A stretch of 64,000 bases of DNA from assembly GCF_006345805.1 (NCBI RefSeq), contig NC_042998.1, positions 57,040,001-57,104,000 on the forward strand, given 5' to 3'. Positions 39,126 through 53,230 of this stretch are shown here, in pieces. The notes below the pieces were generated by a model. That model made no database searches. It was not told where the DNA came from and worked only from the letters and a program-made list of their open reading frames with translations. A program made the translations under genes and the position numbers. The DNA is from Octopus sinensis. Lineage: Eukaryota. Each line of letters starts with the position of its first letter. Position 1 is the first letter of the stretch.

Positions 39126-41689
39126 CCGAAATGGATACGCGCCTATCTACACACACACACACACATACTCATTCGTGCGTACACACTAACATTATCACGC
39201 ACTCATACACACACTGAAAAACCATTTTAAAATAGATTCATGACTTCCGCCGCAGAAAAGGAAAAAAAGAGAATAGGGCAGACGGATAATAATAAGAATC
39301 AGAGTGAGTTAAGAGTAAGTTAGGCTTATATCAACTCCTGTTGCTGTTCCACTCTTCACCAGAATGTTAACCATACCGTAAACTCTTGAACCTCTTTCAA
39401 ATACTACTTCGAGCTTCTAACGTCATTACCATAAAATGTAAAAATTCCTTTTAGCTGTTATTCCACACCGTGGTTGCTTTGCTCAACTATTTCTCCAAAC
39501 TCGAGCACAGTATTGTATCTCTTTTCCTCCTTCTTGAGCTTTTGCCCTTTATCCTTTTGCGGTCGATAAAAGGAAAGTTCCAATCAAAGGCGGGGTTTTG
39601 GTGGAACTGTAATAGGGTTAGGCGGGATGTCCTGCGGTATCTGTTTTGGCATTTCAAGTTTTCGATGACTTTGGTGTCAAATTTTATCGGTCGAAGTCGG
39701 TAGCCTTTTTCCCTTGGATAAACTTTGATGGAGTTGAGAAGGAGCTTATTTTGCATGGGCAACTGATAGTCTTCCTAGATAATATCTTACCCAGACTTGC
39801 GCATACATGAGCAGGTGCATGGTCAGCCTTGGTAGAAGGAGACCATAACTAAACACTCAGATAAAGAAGCTATGCACGGGGACGGGATGAGCTTAAGCTA
39901 ATTTGTTTTGAGTGGAAGTTAAATAAATACGAGAGATGAGTTATATTTGCGTTATCTGCTTCAACTGTAATTTTCTTTTTTATCTGGGTCACATCGAATC
40001 CCCCTTATCATTCCCGCAATCTTTTCCTTTCTGTTGACTGCGCAGCAAGGAATCAAATTTCCTGAGACTCGAAGAAATTTGCCACTTTTTCTTTACACCT
40101 AATTACCTCGTATGAGCTGTTGGCAAACTTTTAACGGATTATCCTTTTTTTTAATTAAAACATAGGACTGAATGTTTTATTTTTTTCTAATGGATATGAA
40201 TACAGAATTGAAAAAACCGTAAAGTACAGACAAAGAATGGTAATGGAATGGAAGAATGATAGATCGGTAGCCTGAGAAATTGAGTGCAAACTGCATTAGA
40301 AAAATCGATAGGTGACACAGAGAGGGGCTAGAAGAGTGAGGCAGATCGATTGATTGATGGATAATCCTGAACTGTACTACAAGTGAAACAGGACGATATA
40401 CTGACAGAAATGGTAGAGCGCCAGATTAATTAATCTGGTGTTCTACCGTTTAATACGACCAAATTAATTTAGTGGTATTGTCACGTTCATTTAATGTTCT
40501 TAATTTTAATCTCACAAAATACAGGTTTATGTTTGACTAAACTGAAAAATCTTGTATTTTTTTAGAGGAATCGACTTCCATATACATTTGTCATGTGATG
40601 TTAAGACTGTAAAATAAAATAAAAATACTGGTATTCATGTAAATCACGTGAAATGTCTTTAACAGGAATCAATACTATCATGATCTTAGCTCGTCGAGTA
40701 AGCTTACTTCTTGGTCTCCAGTGCAGGACACATTATTACATTATGCTTTCTAACAAATGCACAAGTCTTCACATTTTGGGGATAGGGGTTAGCTTAGTAA
40801 GAACGACGACAATGCCGACCCCGGAAAGATAAAATGTGAAGTGGACTTTGAGGAGATTTCAGTTCAGGATTTAAAGAGACAAGTTTTAATTATGATAAGT
40901 TACAAAGCTATTTAAAGCTACGCGAGCTGGCAAAATTTAGATTATAGTATTTAGTTTCAGCCCAGGAAAGCTTCCAGTTCAAATACTGCCAGTTTACATT
41001 GTTTTCTATTTATTCAGATCTAGTAGGAACGATAAGATATGCACCAGTAATATCCCGGGACGCATTCAATCTATTGTTCCTTCCGAATTAAATGTGGCTC
41101 GTATCAAAATAAATGTATATTGATTTATGTACTACTGTTAACTTACAACTGTTAAATTGTATCTTCCTTTTCGTATCTAATCGTATACAGTTTCTCCTTG
41201 AAGCTATCGGAAAATATCTCAAACCAATCAATATTTATTGATTTCTTCACAAAGTGTTTACTCCACCGAGATACAGAACCTCTCTTTGACTGTAACAGTT
41301 GAAATATGGTTCCTTACTGTCTGTCTGTCTGTCTGTCTGTCTCTATATATAGATATGGATGAAAAGGATAAAATTCCTTTCCGAGTCATGTGGACTCAAA
41401 AGGCGGTTTCCACCTGGTTTGGACGCTTGGCCGTTGCAGGGTTACTTTCTTTGGTACAAAAGTGAACTGGAGCAACGTGAAATGAAGTTTTTGCTCAAGA
41501 ATACAACGCATTGCTTAGTCCACGAATCGAAACCTCAATCTTACGATCATGAGTGCAACACTCTAACCACCAAGTCATGCGCTTCCTCTACACCGGTTGA
41601 GTCAAGTTTTTCGGATTTTCACTGATAATCATTTCGCAACTTATATCTACATATATCAATAATCTAATACAACTTATTCAATCGGTGCT

Positions 41690-42770
41690 AAATTTTTGGT
41701 TCTTTTAATATAAATATCTATATATTCTTTATTTTATAACTTTGATCATGAGTGGTGAAGAAATTGCAATTAGACACATTTTGTGCTACCTGTGGAAAAA
41801 AGACTGAGTATAAGGGCAACGGCAAAAGAAATTAACGATATGGAAGGCCCAGGAACAAACAATATATGTGTGGCACAAAACCGGTTCACACATTTCAAGG
41901 AAAGTGACACGAGCCACGAAAACAAACGAACCTTCTTTTGAAGAAGATGAGGCCTTTCTTGAAATGGTTGAGCAAAAGCTAAGCAGGACTTGTACATTGC
42001 CGGCAGATCTTGGTCCATCACGAAGCACCATCTAGCGACATTCCCATAAGCACGGTTTTGTGAATAGATGCTGTTGAGAAGTTTCACATGAACTGACCAG
42101 GTTCAACGACGTGCGAATATTTTCAAGCAGCAGCTGGCAAATCCTCGAGATGCCCATCTTTTGGCGTCAAATTGTAACTGGAGATGAAAAATGAATCTAT
42201 GTTTGTAATCCTAAGAGCAGTGGTTTCGTCCTGGTGAAACTTCAAAATCACTTAGTAAACAAGGACGGTTTGAACAGAAGTTCATGTGTTTGGTGGAGCT
42301 TGGCCCAGATGGTCATGCTATGAACGCTAAATTTTATGCTAAACAACTGCAGCAAGTATAAGATGCTTTGAAAGTTCGCTATCCGGTACTGGCTCGTCGA
42401 AGATGCACGTTCCTACAGCATGACAATTTTCCAGCACACACTGCCAATGTGACCAAGTACAAACTTGAAAAAGTTTGACGGGGCTGCCTTATCCTACTTA
42501 AAGTTCAGACCTTGAACCATCAGATTACACCTTTGCCGAGGTATGTCTCATTTCCGGTACAGACAGAGGTTCAGCATTTTGGATTAGGTTGAAAATTGGT
42601 GCAGGGAGTTTTTTTGCCTCTAAGGCACCGAAATGGCATATGTGTGGAACGATGAAAACAGGCAATAATATATGATAGTGTATACTTTGATGAATAAACT
42701 TTAATTTGTAATTTGTTCGAACTATTCATTAAAGATTGAAATACGAAAATATGTTTGACTTAACCTGGCA
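41690..42770 (+). mobile_element. Decayed mariner transposon
   Basis: IRHILCYLW, IVTGDEK, FLQHDNFPAHT and SSDLEPSDY motifs in order, with many stops and frameshifts. Confidence 0.75.
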
Positions 42771-43373
42771 TAATATACATTATATGCATATAATGTATGT
42801 TTGTTTGTATTATGTATGAACAAAAAAATCATTATCTATTGAGAAATTTGAAGCAAAAATATTGCAGTAATATCAGTACTTCGGAAACAGTTTGTCACAC
42901 ACAGAGCAATATATCTCCTAGATTCTATTTCCGACATCTAATAAGTAAAATATCAAACTATGCAGGGAGGAAAAAAAATGGCTTCTGTTGAAAGAAATAA
43001 TTCTCATGGAGATACCACATGACCCGTGATTCGTATCCATATAATGGAAGATCAATATATATCCTCTCTCTCTTTCAACAGCCTAGTGTTTAGCAGACAG
43101 TGTACTGAAGTTTCATCTAGCATTGACAAAAAAGTAAACGATTTAAATGTATTTATAAACGCTGCTCTGTTATATTGGGTGTAACATCTATTAAATTTTC
43201 AAAGCAAATCATTGAATTAATAATAGAAAATTACGGTTTGTTTCACAAAGCTTACGTTCGATATATTAGTTTCGGTAATACTGATTATCTTATCAATATA
43301 TGGATATCACACGCTACAATTCGATTCAATAAATCCATATCTAGATTTGTGACTCCCAAATCCTTGTTATTGA

Positions 43374-43418
<45 letters not shown>

Positions 43419-43721
43419 AATGGAGGAGGAAAAAGATGAATTTGTAACGACATTTAATAAGTTCAATAGCAATGTAATAAGGTTAAAGGTGACGAAAAAT
43501 GCAAGTATAAAACAAACGAGAAAAGATAAATGAATATATATAAAAAATAAAGTGAAAATAACCATATGCAAAACTAGTACTTAAGTGAAATATGGTTGGT
43601 TCGTTAATGTTTCCGTTGCATATATATATGCAACGGAATATATATATATATATACGTATATATATACACATATACATATATATACATAAATATATATACA
43701 CTGGCGCGCTCACACAAACTC

Positions 43722-43788
<67 letters not shown>

Positions 43789-44721
43789 CATATATATATA
43801 TACATTTGCGCGCGCACACAAACTCATATATATACATGCATACACACGGCGCGTGCGTACAAAAATAGGGACAATCAGAAAAAAAAAAAAAATTAAGAAC
43901 TGAAGCAGAACAGAAAATAAAAGGAAAGAAATAAAGAAAAAACATAAAGAAATGCAACAGTAATAACATAAACATTATCAATAAACGGTTTCAAATCTGG
44001 TGAAAAAGAAAATCATATTCGACACTACATATTCATTGTGTAGCCGAGATGTGGTTCTGTGAATATAACTCATTTTGGCACCGTTGTTGGTTTTTAGGTG
44101 ATTTTGAACTTGTTAGTGCATTAGAGAACCGTCATAAAAATCGTGATGCCTCAATATAGCTGCTAATTCAAAACAAGAGAAATATGCCTTAGGAAATCAC
44201 GACTTTGAATAAATTGTAACTGACTTCGTGACGGGGACATACATCTGTATGCATACATATATGCATACAAGCACACAGTAAACAAACACACACACGTGTG
44301 TGTATGTATGTATGTATGCATTTGCAAACAATGGGGAAAGGTGCCAAATACTATAATTACCTATTGTAGAGATCAAATAACAGCGAGTAATAACAGAATG
44401 CAATCTTTGTAATACAATGCATGTATATATATTGACGCATCCATACACACTGATAAAATGAATGTGCTACAAGTTAGTTCCCTCCCTCCCTCCCTCCCTC
44501 CATTAAATCGACGGTGCTTGAACAAGTGCACAGTGTAACAAGCGACAGGTGTCGAAATGTTCGCAGAGCGACGCGAGATTGTTTTGCTCAAGACCTCAAC
44601 GCATGGCTCGAGCTAGAGATTGAAACCACGATCTCGCGACCGTGAGTTCAATATCCTTGCCATTAGGCCATGCGCCCTCTTATAAATAAATATATATATA
44701 TAAACACATTCACACAAACTA

Positions 44722-44778
<57 letters not shown>

Positions 44779-44780
44779 TA

Positions 44781-45001
44781 TTTACTCTTACTTTCATTTA
44801 CTCTTTTACTTCTTTAAGACATTTGACTGTGGCCATGCTGGAGAACTGCCTTTAGTCGAGCAAATCGACTCCAGGACTTATACTTTGTAAGCCTAGTAAT
44901 TATTATATCGGTCTCTTTTGCCGAACCGCTAAGTTACAGGGACGTAAACACACCAGCATCGGTTGTCAAGCGATGTTGGAAGGACAAACACAGACGCACA
45001 A

Positions 45002-45046
<45 letters not shown>

Positions 45047-45203
45047 CGACGGGCTACTTTCAGTTTCCGTCTACCAAATCCACTCACAAGTTCTGGTCGG
45101 CCCGAGGCTATAGTAGAAGACACTTGCCCAAGGTGCCACACAGTGGGACTGAACTCGGAACCATGTGGTTGGTAAGCAAGCTACTTACCACACAGCCACT
45201 CCT
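44781..45203 (-). mobile_element. SINE family B, full length
   Basis: Head AGGAGTGGCTGTGTGGTAAGTAGC at 45203 on the minus strand, internal (TA)(TG) tract, standard tail. Confidence 0.85.
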
Positions 45204-45584
45204 ATTTATATATATATAAATATATGTGTCTGTAAATGTAATATGTGACAATTATTCGGTAGCCATGATAAAACTCCGAGTTTCGGATGCCGAATAATTG
45301 TTACATATTACATCTACAGATAAATTCCTCTATTTACATAATATCGAGGTTTCTTTCTTTCTTTTGTTGTTTTAACGTTTTTATCAATATATAAATACAT
45401 ATATATATAAATATATATAAATAAATATATATATAAATATATATAAATAAGTATACACAAATATATATAAATATATATATAAATAAATATATATAAATAT
45501 ATATATATATAAATATATATAAAGAAATATAGATAAATATATATAAATGTATATAATAAATATATATATGAATATATATAATAA

Positions 45585-45616
<32 letters not shown>

Positions 45617-45699
45617 TAAATATATATATAAATATATATGAATAGCGGAGATTTTCCTTCATAGAAAGTGACCTGTTCTGAGATCGTGTGCTAGAAAGA

Positions 45700-46785
45700 A
45701 AACAATTGCAGCGTGGAAGGTTAGGCTAGGAAGAGGTCCAGCTTTGATTTAAAAACGCCTACATCTACATTGTGCAGGTTCCTTAGGCTCTTTAGGAGAA
45801 TATAAAAAAAGCTGTGGGTCCCTGAAACTCAGGTTGTTGAGTAACTGGTCTTGAAGCGCGATGGCATTCCTGGGATCTTTGGCACTGTGCAGTGTCGACC
45901 CGTTCTGGCATTGGCGTACCTTTCAATGCCAAAATTTGGCAAAATTCTTTCCAGGATCTTCCAGATGTATATTACTGCATACCTCTCCCTCGCTCCAGGA
46001 AGTAGAGTCTTAGCTGTTTCAGCCTTTCCCAGTAGATGAGCTGTTGCAAAGAGTTGATCTTCTTTGTGATTCTTCGCTGGATTGTTTCAAGTTCCGCTAT
46101 TAATTTTACAAAGTTGGGTGAACATGGCTGGGAGCAGTAATCCAGGCGGCTGAGGACGAATGTTCTCAAGAGGACCATCATGGTTTCCTTATCTCTGGTT
46201 CTGAATATTCTCAGGATCCATCCAGCCAGTCGTCTGCACTTTGTCGCCATCCTGGTAATGATCACTTGGAAAGAGGTATCATCACTCATGTCGATATCCA
46301 AGTCCCTCACTGATTTAGGCTCTAGAATTAAAATTCCCTGTGTACCAGTGTACTCTGTAAGTTTCACATTTAGTTTTGGACGCTCGTAGCGCAGGGCTTG
46401 ATTTTTTCACATTAAACTGCATATTATTATCCTCAGCCCATCTGTAAAATGAGTCCAGTTCCTGCTGCATATGTGCAACATCACTGGGGTTCTGTAGTTT
46501 CTGCGATATAGTTGTATCATCTGCGTAGCTTACAAGGGTGGATTTCCGGGCAGTGGAGGTTACATCTGAGAGGGCCACCATAAAAAGCAGTGGTGCCAAG
46601 GGTGTGCCCTGTGGAACACCGCTCACTATTTGTGGCCACGACTGCCTGACTTCTATTTTCGGAAAGTCATGTAACCACTCACCAAGTTTTCCAGCTTAGC
46701 CGAGACTACGCAGTTTGTGGCATATCATACCACAATACATTTTGTCTAAAGCTTTTGCAAAATCAAGGTATATTACGTCCACATT
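45700..46785 (-). pseudogene. CR1/L2-type LINE reverse transcriptase relic
   Basis: YLDFAKALDK, SGVPQGTPLAPLLF, YADDT, WAEDNNMQFN, LSRLDYCSQ, LETIQRRITK. Confidence 0.85.
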
Positions 46786-46787
46786 TG

Positions 46788-46858
46788 GTTCCCTCAACCG
46801 CTAGGGTGTGGCACTCCTTCACACAGCTATCCACATCCATTCTTGCCACATGACCACA
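46788..46858 (-). mobile_element. Short RTE fragment (same family as 22463-22790)
   Basis: Reverse-complement similarity to 22556-22625. Confidence 0.7.
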
Positions 46859-47004
46859 TATATATATATATATATAAAATATTATTAGAGACAAAACCAC
46901 TATTTTGCAAAACAAACAAGGAAAGACTTAATCAATACTAAAATTGGATTTAATCCTAAATCTGATTTTTTCCCTGTAAATTTGGATTTATTCCCTAATA
47001 TTTA

Positions 47005-47068
<64 letters not shown>

Positions 47069-47280
47069 TTATATATATATATAAATTAAGAGGAATAATT
47101 GATGGATTTTTCCCTTATGAGGTTTTTTTCACACTTACTTCATAAATTCTTATAAAGATTTTATCGTACTTTTCAATTATATATATAAATCTAAGAGGAA
47201 TAATTGATGGATTTTTCCCTTATGAGATTTTTCACACTAACTACTTGATAAATTCTTATAAAGATTTTATCCTAGTTTCA

Positions 47281-47294
47281 ATTATATATATATG

Positions 47295-47357
<63 letters not shown>

Positions 47358-47463
47358 GTGTATAATATATATATATTATATATATATATGTGTGTATATA
47401 TACTATATATATATATGTGTGTATATATATAGATTATATATATGTGTGTATATATATATATAA

Positions 47464-47503
<40 letters not shown>

Positions 47504-47673
47504 GTGTATATATATATATATATATATGTGTATATATATATATATATATGTGTATATATATATATATATGTGTATATATATATATTATATATAATATGTG
47601 TATATATATATATAATATATATATATGTATATATATATATATAATAATATATATACATATATATATATATGTA

Positions 47674-47707
<34 letters not shown>

Positions 47708-47737
47708 GATATATATATGTGTATATATATATATATA

Positions 47738-47768
<31 letters not shown>

Positions 47769-47865
47769 GTGTATATATATATATATATATGGTGTATATA
47801 TAATATATATATATGTATAGATATATATATATATATCTATATATATATATATATAATATGTGTAT

Positions 47866-47897
<32 letters not shown>

Positions 47898-47900
47898 GTG

Positions 47901-47933
<33 letters not shown>

Positions 47934-47938
47934 TGTGT

Positions 47939-48007
<69 letters not shown>

Positions 48008-48038
48008 TATATATATATATATATAATATATATATATA

Positions 48039-48070
<32 letters not shown>

Positions 48071-48207
48071 CTATATATATATATATATATATATATATGT
48101 TTACAAATATAAATACGTAAATACATAAATATATATATATATATAATTATATATATATATATATAATATATATATATATATATTTATTTATATTTATAAA
48201 TATATAT
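47281..48207. repeat. About 930-bp interrupted (TA)n tract
   Basis: Read directly. Confidence 0.95.
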
Positions 48208-49300
48208 GTTCAGCAATATTTAGATTCAGATAGATATGGTACTCAAGTTAAAAGCACCAGAATGTGGTATGGTATTATCCATATAAATGAAATGGGGTGA
48301 TTATAATCAAAATAAGCAACATGGATATCCAAGGTGGTGTAGTACAATCGTTTCATGCTACTTCATTTTATTAAAGAATGTAAGTATTACATCAGTTTTA
48401 AAATGAAGAGAAATTTTGAATTTTAACCGTTGTCCCTGAAAAGAGTGTCATATATATACGTGAGTGCACATGCAAGGGTTCCACGCGAGTGTAAGTGAGC
48501 ATATGCATATATAGCATGTACGTATTTTAAATGTGCAATTGAAAATAACTGTGCGCGTGGGGGTACCTGCACGTGTGTGTGCGCACGTACGTGCGGATAT
48601 ACATATGTGTACACCGGGCGTGTGTGTGTGTGAGCGTGTATGTTTATATGTACATGTGTATGGTTGCACGCATGCGTGGGTCTACACGCGTGTGTTCCAC
48701 GCGAGTGTGTGCGAGCATATAGCATGTGCGTATTTTTAGACGTGTATTTCAATATTGCTCTGTGCGTATCGGTATGTGCGTGTGTGTGTGAGTGGGCCCG
48801 CGTGTGTGGATTTGTATACGTGTACATGCATGGTTGCATATATATGTGCATCTATTTGGCGTATGTGTGTGTTTCATGCGAATCTGAGTGAACATATGCA
48901 TTCAGGCACATGAACGTGGGTGTGCGTGCGCGCATGTGTATGTATGTACATACGCGATTGTTATGAGCATTTTTACTCCTTTACTTCTTACTTCCGTCCC
49001 CTTCGCTTTTTTCCCCCCTCATTTAACGGTTACTCTAATAGCAATTTTGTCTTAATAACGTTCAATTACATAGTAATTTCCCTTTGTTTAACTGTCATTT
49101 TTCAAAGCATATTTTAATTACCTCGATAACTGAAGAGATGTTTTGTTATTTACCTAAATTCAGTGGAAATACCGGTTCGTGTGTCACATAGCTAGAGGCG
49201 ATGGTCTCTTGGAGCTAATCAACGGCAGCATTCGTCCTATTTTTCTGGACTGCCATGTTAGCTTGGCGATAACTTATTTATACACACACACACACACATA

Positions 49301-49333
<33 letters not shown>

Positions 49334-49335
<2 letters not shown>

Positions 49336-50202
49336 CAATTAAGGGTTTAGCAACGAATTGCCTTACCGCACACCGAATTTAGAAATAGCAGTCAAAGAGA
49401 TTATAGCTATTTCTTCTACTAAAAGGGAGATCTCAGCAAAAACACAGCATTTGAAAGGCAAAACACAAACAGGTAAGAGAGAATGAATTAACGGCAATCT
49501 ATCATACAGTTTTAAGTCACCTACGGACGTACGTTTCGAGATCAAGTCTTAGGAAAGTATAAGAATTAGATAATTCTACCTTACCCATACTTCTTCTCTC
49601 ATCAGCGCAGGATACGAACAATCATGAATGATTGTATATTGAATTTTCAGATACTAGAAGGCACCAACTTAACTCAGTATCAGAGCGAGCTAGAAGCCAC
49701 AGCCAGTATCACCAAATTCAAAGTTTGAATGAAAGTTTGTGTCACCAGTCCCTTCCCACCCGCGTGTAGCCAAGACAAAGTGCTGTGGTCATTTACTGGG
49801 ATGAATATGGTTATCAGTAACAATGAAGGGTGAAATTAATTAATTTGGAATAATTATCAATTACACCAAGTAGTCTTCGGCATGTAAAAGCCTCATTCGA
49901 GGAAAATTTAAGTAATACTAAGCAATTAAGGGTTTAGCAACGAATTGCCTTACCGCACACCAAATTTAGAAATAGCAGTCAAAGAGATTATAGCTATTTC
50001 TTCTACTAAAAGGGAGATCTCAGCAAAAACACAGCATTTGAAAGGCAAAACACAAACAGGTAAGAGAGAATGAATTAACGGCAATCTATCATACAGTTTT
50101 AAGTCACCTACGGACGTACGTTTCGAGGGAGGGACTGGTGACACAAACTTTCATTCAAACTTTGAATTTGGTGATACTGGCTGTGGCTTCTAGCTCGCTC
50201 TG
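49334..50202 (-). mobile_element. Non-coding Penelope-LTR-like / retrozyme-like element (587-bp monomer, 207-bp direct repeat, inverted 5' piece)
   Basis: 49334-49540 is repeated at 49921-50127; 50128-50202 is the inverse of 49681-49755; begins at a (TA)n tract; contains a hammerhead. Confidence 0.8.
49520..49611 (-). ncRNA. Type I hammerhead ribozyme with canonical core and extended stem II
   Basis: Minus strand: CCTGCG-CTGATGA-GAGA...AGAATT atct AATTCT...TCTC-GAAA-CGTACG-TC-CGTAGG; 6-bp stem I, G-C closing stem II, GUC triplet. Confidence 0.85.
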
Positions 50203-50439
50203 TAAACGCTCCTGGAGTCCAAGAAATTCTTGTATGTGCATTTGTTTTCAATTAGCTTAGAAGTTAAGGGTATAACCTACATTTCGACGAGAATTCAACA
50301 ACTCTTATATTTTATCATAATATTTCGCTTGTGCAACATGAAACTTCCGCTTTTAAAAATGTATAGAAAATATTTTATTGAATACTTATTTGCTATCACA
50401 AATATTTACCAATCCATACATAGGAACAATTTATAAATA

Positions 50440-50645
50440 CAGTAATCCCACGACATACCGCGGTTATTATGTGGATTTATTAGCTTATGTGGATTCTCCT
50501 ATTGTTTTGCATTTATAGTAAAATATATACAATTAATAAAATAATATACAGTACCATACTGTTTATACTTCGTGGATTTTCACCTATCGCGGGGGGGGGG
50601 GTCGGGGGTCGGAGCATAACACTCGCAACAGTCGAGGGATGTTTG
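50440..50645. mobile_element. Probable Tigger/pogo-like MITE
   Basis: TA-CAGTAATCCCACGACATACCGCG ... CGCAACAGTCGAGGGATGTTTG imperfect TIRs. Confidence 0.5.
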
Positions 50646-50659
50646 CGTAATTATATAAA

Positions 50660-50995
50660 TGCGCATGTGTGGCTATGTATTAAACTTTAACCACATTGTT
50701 CTAGGTTTAGTCTCAATACGTAGCACCTTAGGCAAGTGTGTTCTACCATAACTTCGGGCTGACCAAAACATTGTGAGTGGATTTTGGTAAACATATTGAA
50801 AGAAGCCAGTCATATCTCCATGTACCTGTGTGAGTGTCCTACCACCGTTTGACAACTGGTGTTGGTATGTTTACGTCCTACTAATCTCGGTGCTTGGCAA
50901 AAGAGACAGAATATGTACCAGGCTTTAAAAAAGCACCAAGATCAATTCGTTCAATTAAAACTCCTCAAGGCGGTATCCCAGCACGGCTGCAATTA
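50660..50995 (+). mobile_element. Diverged SINE family B
   Basis: CACCTTAGGCAAGTGTG core and GTTTGACAACTGGTGTTGG body. Confidence 0.65.
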
Positions 50996-52106
50996 GCCAC
51001 TCCTGCGCGCAGGTTTTAGTCTGTCATAAGAAGGTTGCCTCCAGCCACCTGGCTCCGCGTTCAGTCCCACCGACACCTTCGGTAAGTGTTTACTTTATAT
51101 CCTGTGGCCGAGCAAAACAACATTGAGTGGATTTGATAGACGGAAATATATACTGCAGTGTTTGCGAATATGACCATTTGATAATTTACAGCGGTAAATT
51201 TTCTCTTCATACTTAAGTGTGTACATGTGGAGTGGAGTAGGCATTCTGCTTGCTGAGAAATGGATAAAGTAACTGAGGCAGTCAGCACGTGTGATAAGAT
51301 AAAAATGAGAATAGGTTATATACAACATTATCTCTGCATACACCCAACAGGCAGGATTTACAGAAGATAAGGACCGTTTTTAAGAAACCGTTCTGCCGAT
51401 TACCTCTACGATTGACAATTTCATTTTGTGGCCGGCAAGTTCAATGGACATGTTGGTCAACATGAACGCTTCTATGACATACAGTGAGGCTCTGGTTCAA
51501 GAAATGAGACTATTAGGCTTGTGGTCTGTGATGCGATTGATCTATTTTCAACACACTGGAAACTAGCCGTTCAAGTCAACGACTACGAATCTGGTGAACA
51601 CAAAAATAAAATAGATTACATCTTCAAGAAATGTAACAAAAGTGCTTTGTTAAACAGCAAAACCATTCTTTGTGAAGAATGAAAGCACCAATCTGTTGCG
51701 TAGTGCAAAGTCAGAGCTCGGCAGTCACAAATACAGAACACATGGAATATATGAAATCTAAAAGGTCTCGCGATATGGTTTTCACGTGGACGCCCCACCC
51801 TCAACGAAATTCCTTGAAGCAATGTGTATAGATACGCAGAACTGTTCCCTGCCACTCCGCCTAATTTTCTCAAGATTGAGGGCAAATTAACAGCTTAGTA
51901 TTTCCACGATACTTATTCTTGCGACCTGGAACAATTTCATGTTTTCCAACCTTTAGCCACGCGTCATCTTTCTTGGACCATTCCTTTACTATTCTACGCT
52001 TCACTCCTTTATCTGCAGTGAGCTATTTTAGTCTTTGCCATCATCGTTCAAACTTCTGCGTATCATTGCTCACCCCTCAACAACTGTCACCTACTCTTCC
52101 TTATTA

Positions 52107-52172
<66 letters not shown>

Positions 52173-52221
52173 CAACACACACCACACACACACACACACA
52201 CACCACACCACACACACACAC

Positions 52222-52252
<31 letters not shown>

Positions 52253-52258
52253 CACACA

Positions 52259-52289
<31 letters not shown>

Positions 52290-52310
52290 CACACCACACA
52301 CACACACACA

Positions 52311-52383
<73 letters not shown>

Positions 52384-52436
52384 CACACACACACACACAC
52401 ACACCACACACACACAACACACACACACACACACAC
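52107..52436. repeat. About 330-bp (CA)n microsatellite
   Basis: Read directly. Confidence 0.95.
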
Positions 52437-52504
52437 TCCCTATTCTGTACCCATTAATCTGCATTGACAATCCATCGATAATACCTCATCACCACTTAAA
52501 AAAA

Positions 52505-52535
<31 letters not shown>

Positions 52536-52709
52536 TATTTCCAGGTTTCCTAGCCTCTATAATGCGAGTTGATTCTATAGAGGAAGAAATTTTTTCGGTT
52601 CTGGTTACCTATCATCTCCGAGCATAAAGCCGCTTTCCTCTCGACCGTAGTTCAATACAGTCGAAGGGGCTCTTGGTCTTGTATGCTGCATGATGACCCC
52701 AACTAGTGC

Positions 52710-52752
<43 letters not shown>

Positions 52753-53071
52753 CCAAAAGTGGTTGGTATTAGAATGTCATGTAGACAAACTATACTCAAG
52801 CACATATTGGAGAAAGATGTACTTATTGCAGCCATCTGACCTGTCAAACAATATCCATCCCAGCATAGAATAACCATTACATTACAACACACCCACACAG
52901 TTCCAACAACTAAATTTACAAGTCACTAGTCGGTCCGGTGTTGAAGATATTAAACCAAAATGCTTATTAGAATTGAACTCGAAATCACGTGGTTGCAAAA
53001 ATGCTAAAATATTTGCTCAGAATTCAGTTTTAAAAATTTAAAGAAATAACAAGGCGTTTACTTAGAGAAAA

Positions 53072-53077
53072 TTTATT
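53072..53077 (-). promoter_or_regulatory. Candidate polyadenylation signal of the MAM gene
   Basis: AATAAA on the minus strand about 30 nt after the TAG stop. Confidence 0.5.
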
Positions 53078-53107
53078 TCAAATGTTTCTTATAACTGAAA
53101 TATTCAT

Positions 53108-53230
53108 CTAGTGTTGGTGCAATGTCCGTATAATAGTACGAGAACTTCTAGTGCAATGACCGGAATGCATTTCAAAATCTTCAATTTCATAACTCACAAA
53201 CAAGTCTTCTTTCAGTATTGAAAACTCCAA
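53108..53230 (-). CDS. Multi-MAM-domain protein, terminal exon (end of last MAM domain)
   Basis: tttctgtttccgtttag| LEFSILKEDLFVSYEIEDFEMHSGHCTRSSRTIIRTLHQH*; phase 0; resembles the MAM C-terminal IAIDDIxxxxGxC motif. Confidence 0.75.
   Translation of the reverse strand: MEFSILKEDLFVSYEIEDFEMHSGHCTRSSRTIIRTLHQH

Noticed and set aside
39487-39762. 91-aa basic minus-strand ORF
   Set aside because: No recognisable domain and no partner exons found.
49125-49180. CTGAAGA followed by GAAATACCGG, a possible hammerhead
   Set aside because: Stems I and II cannot be paired convincingly.
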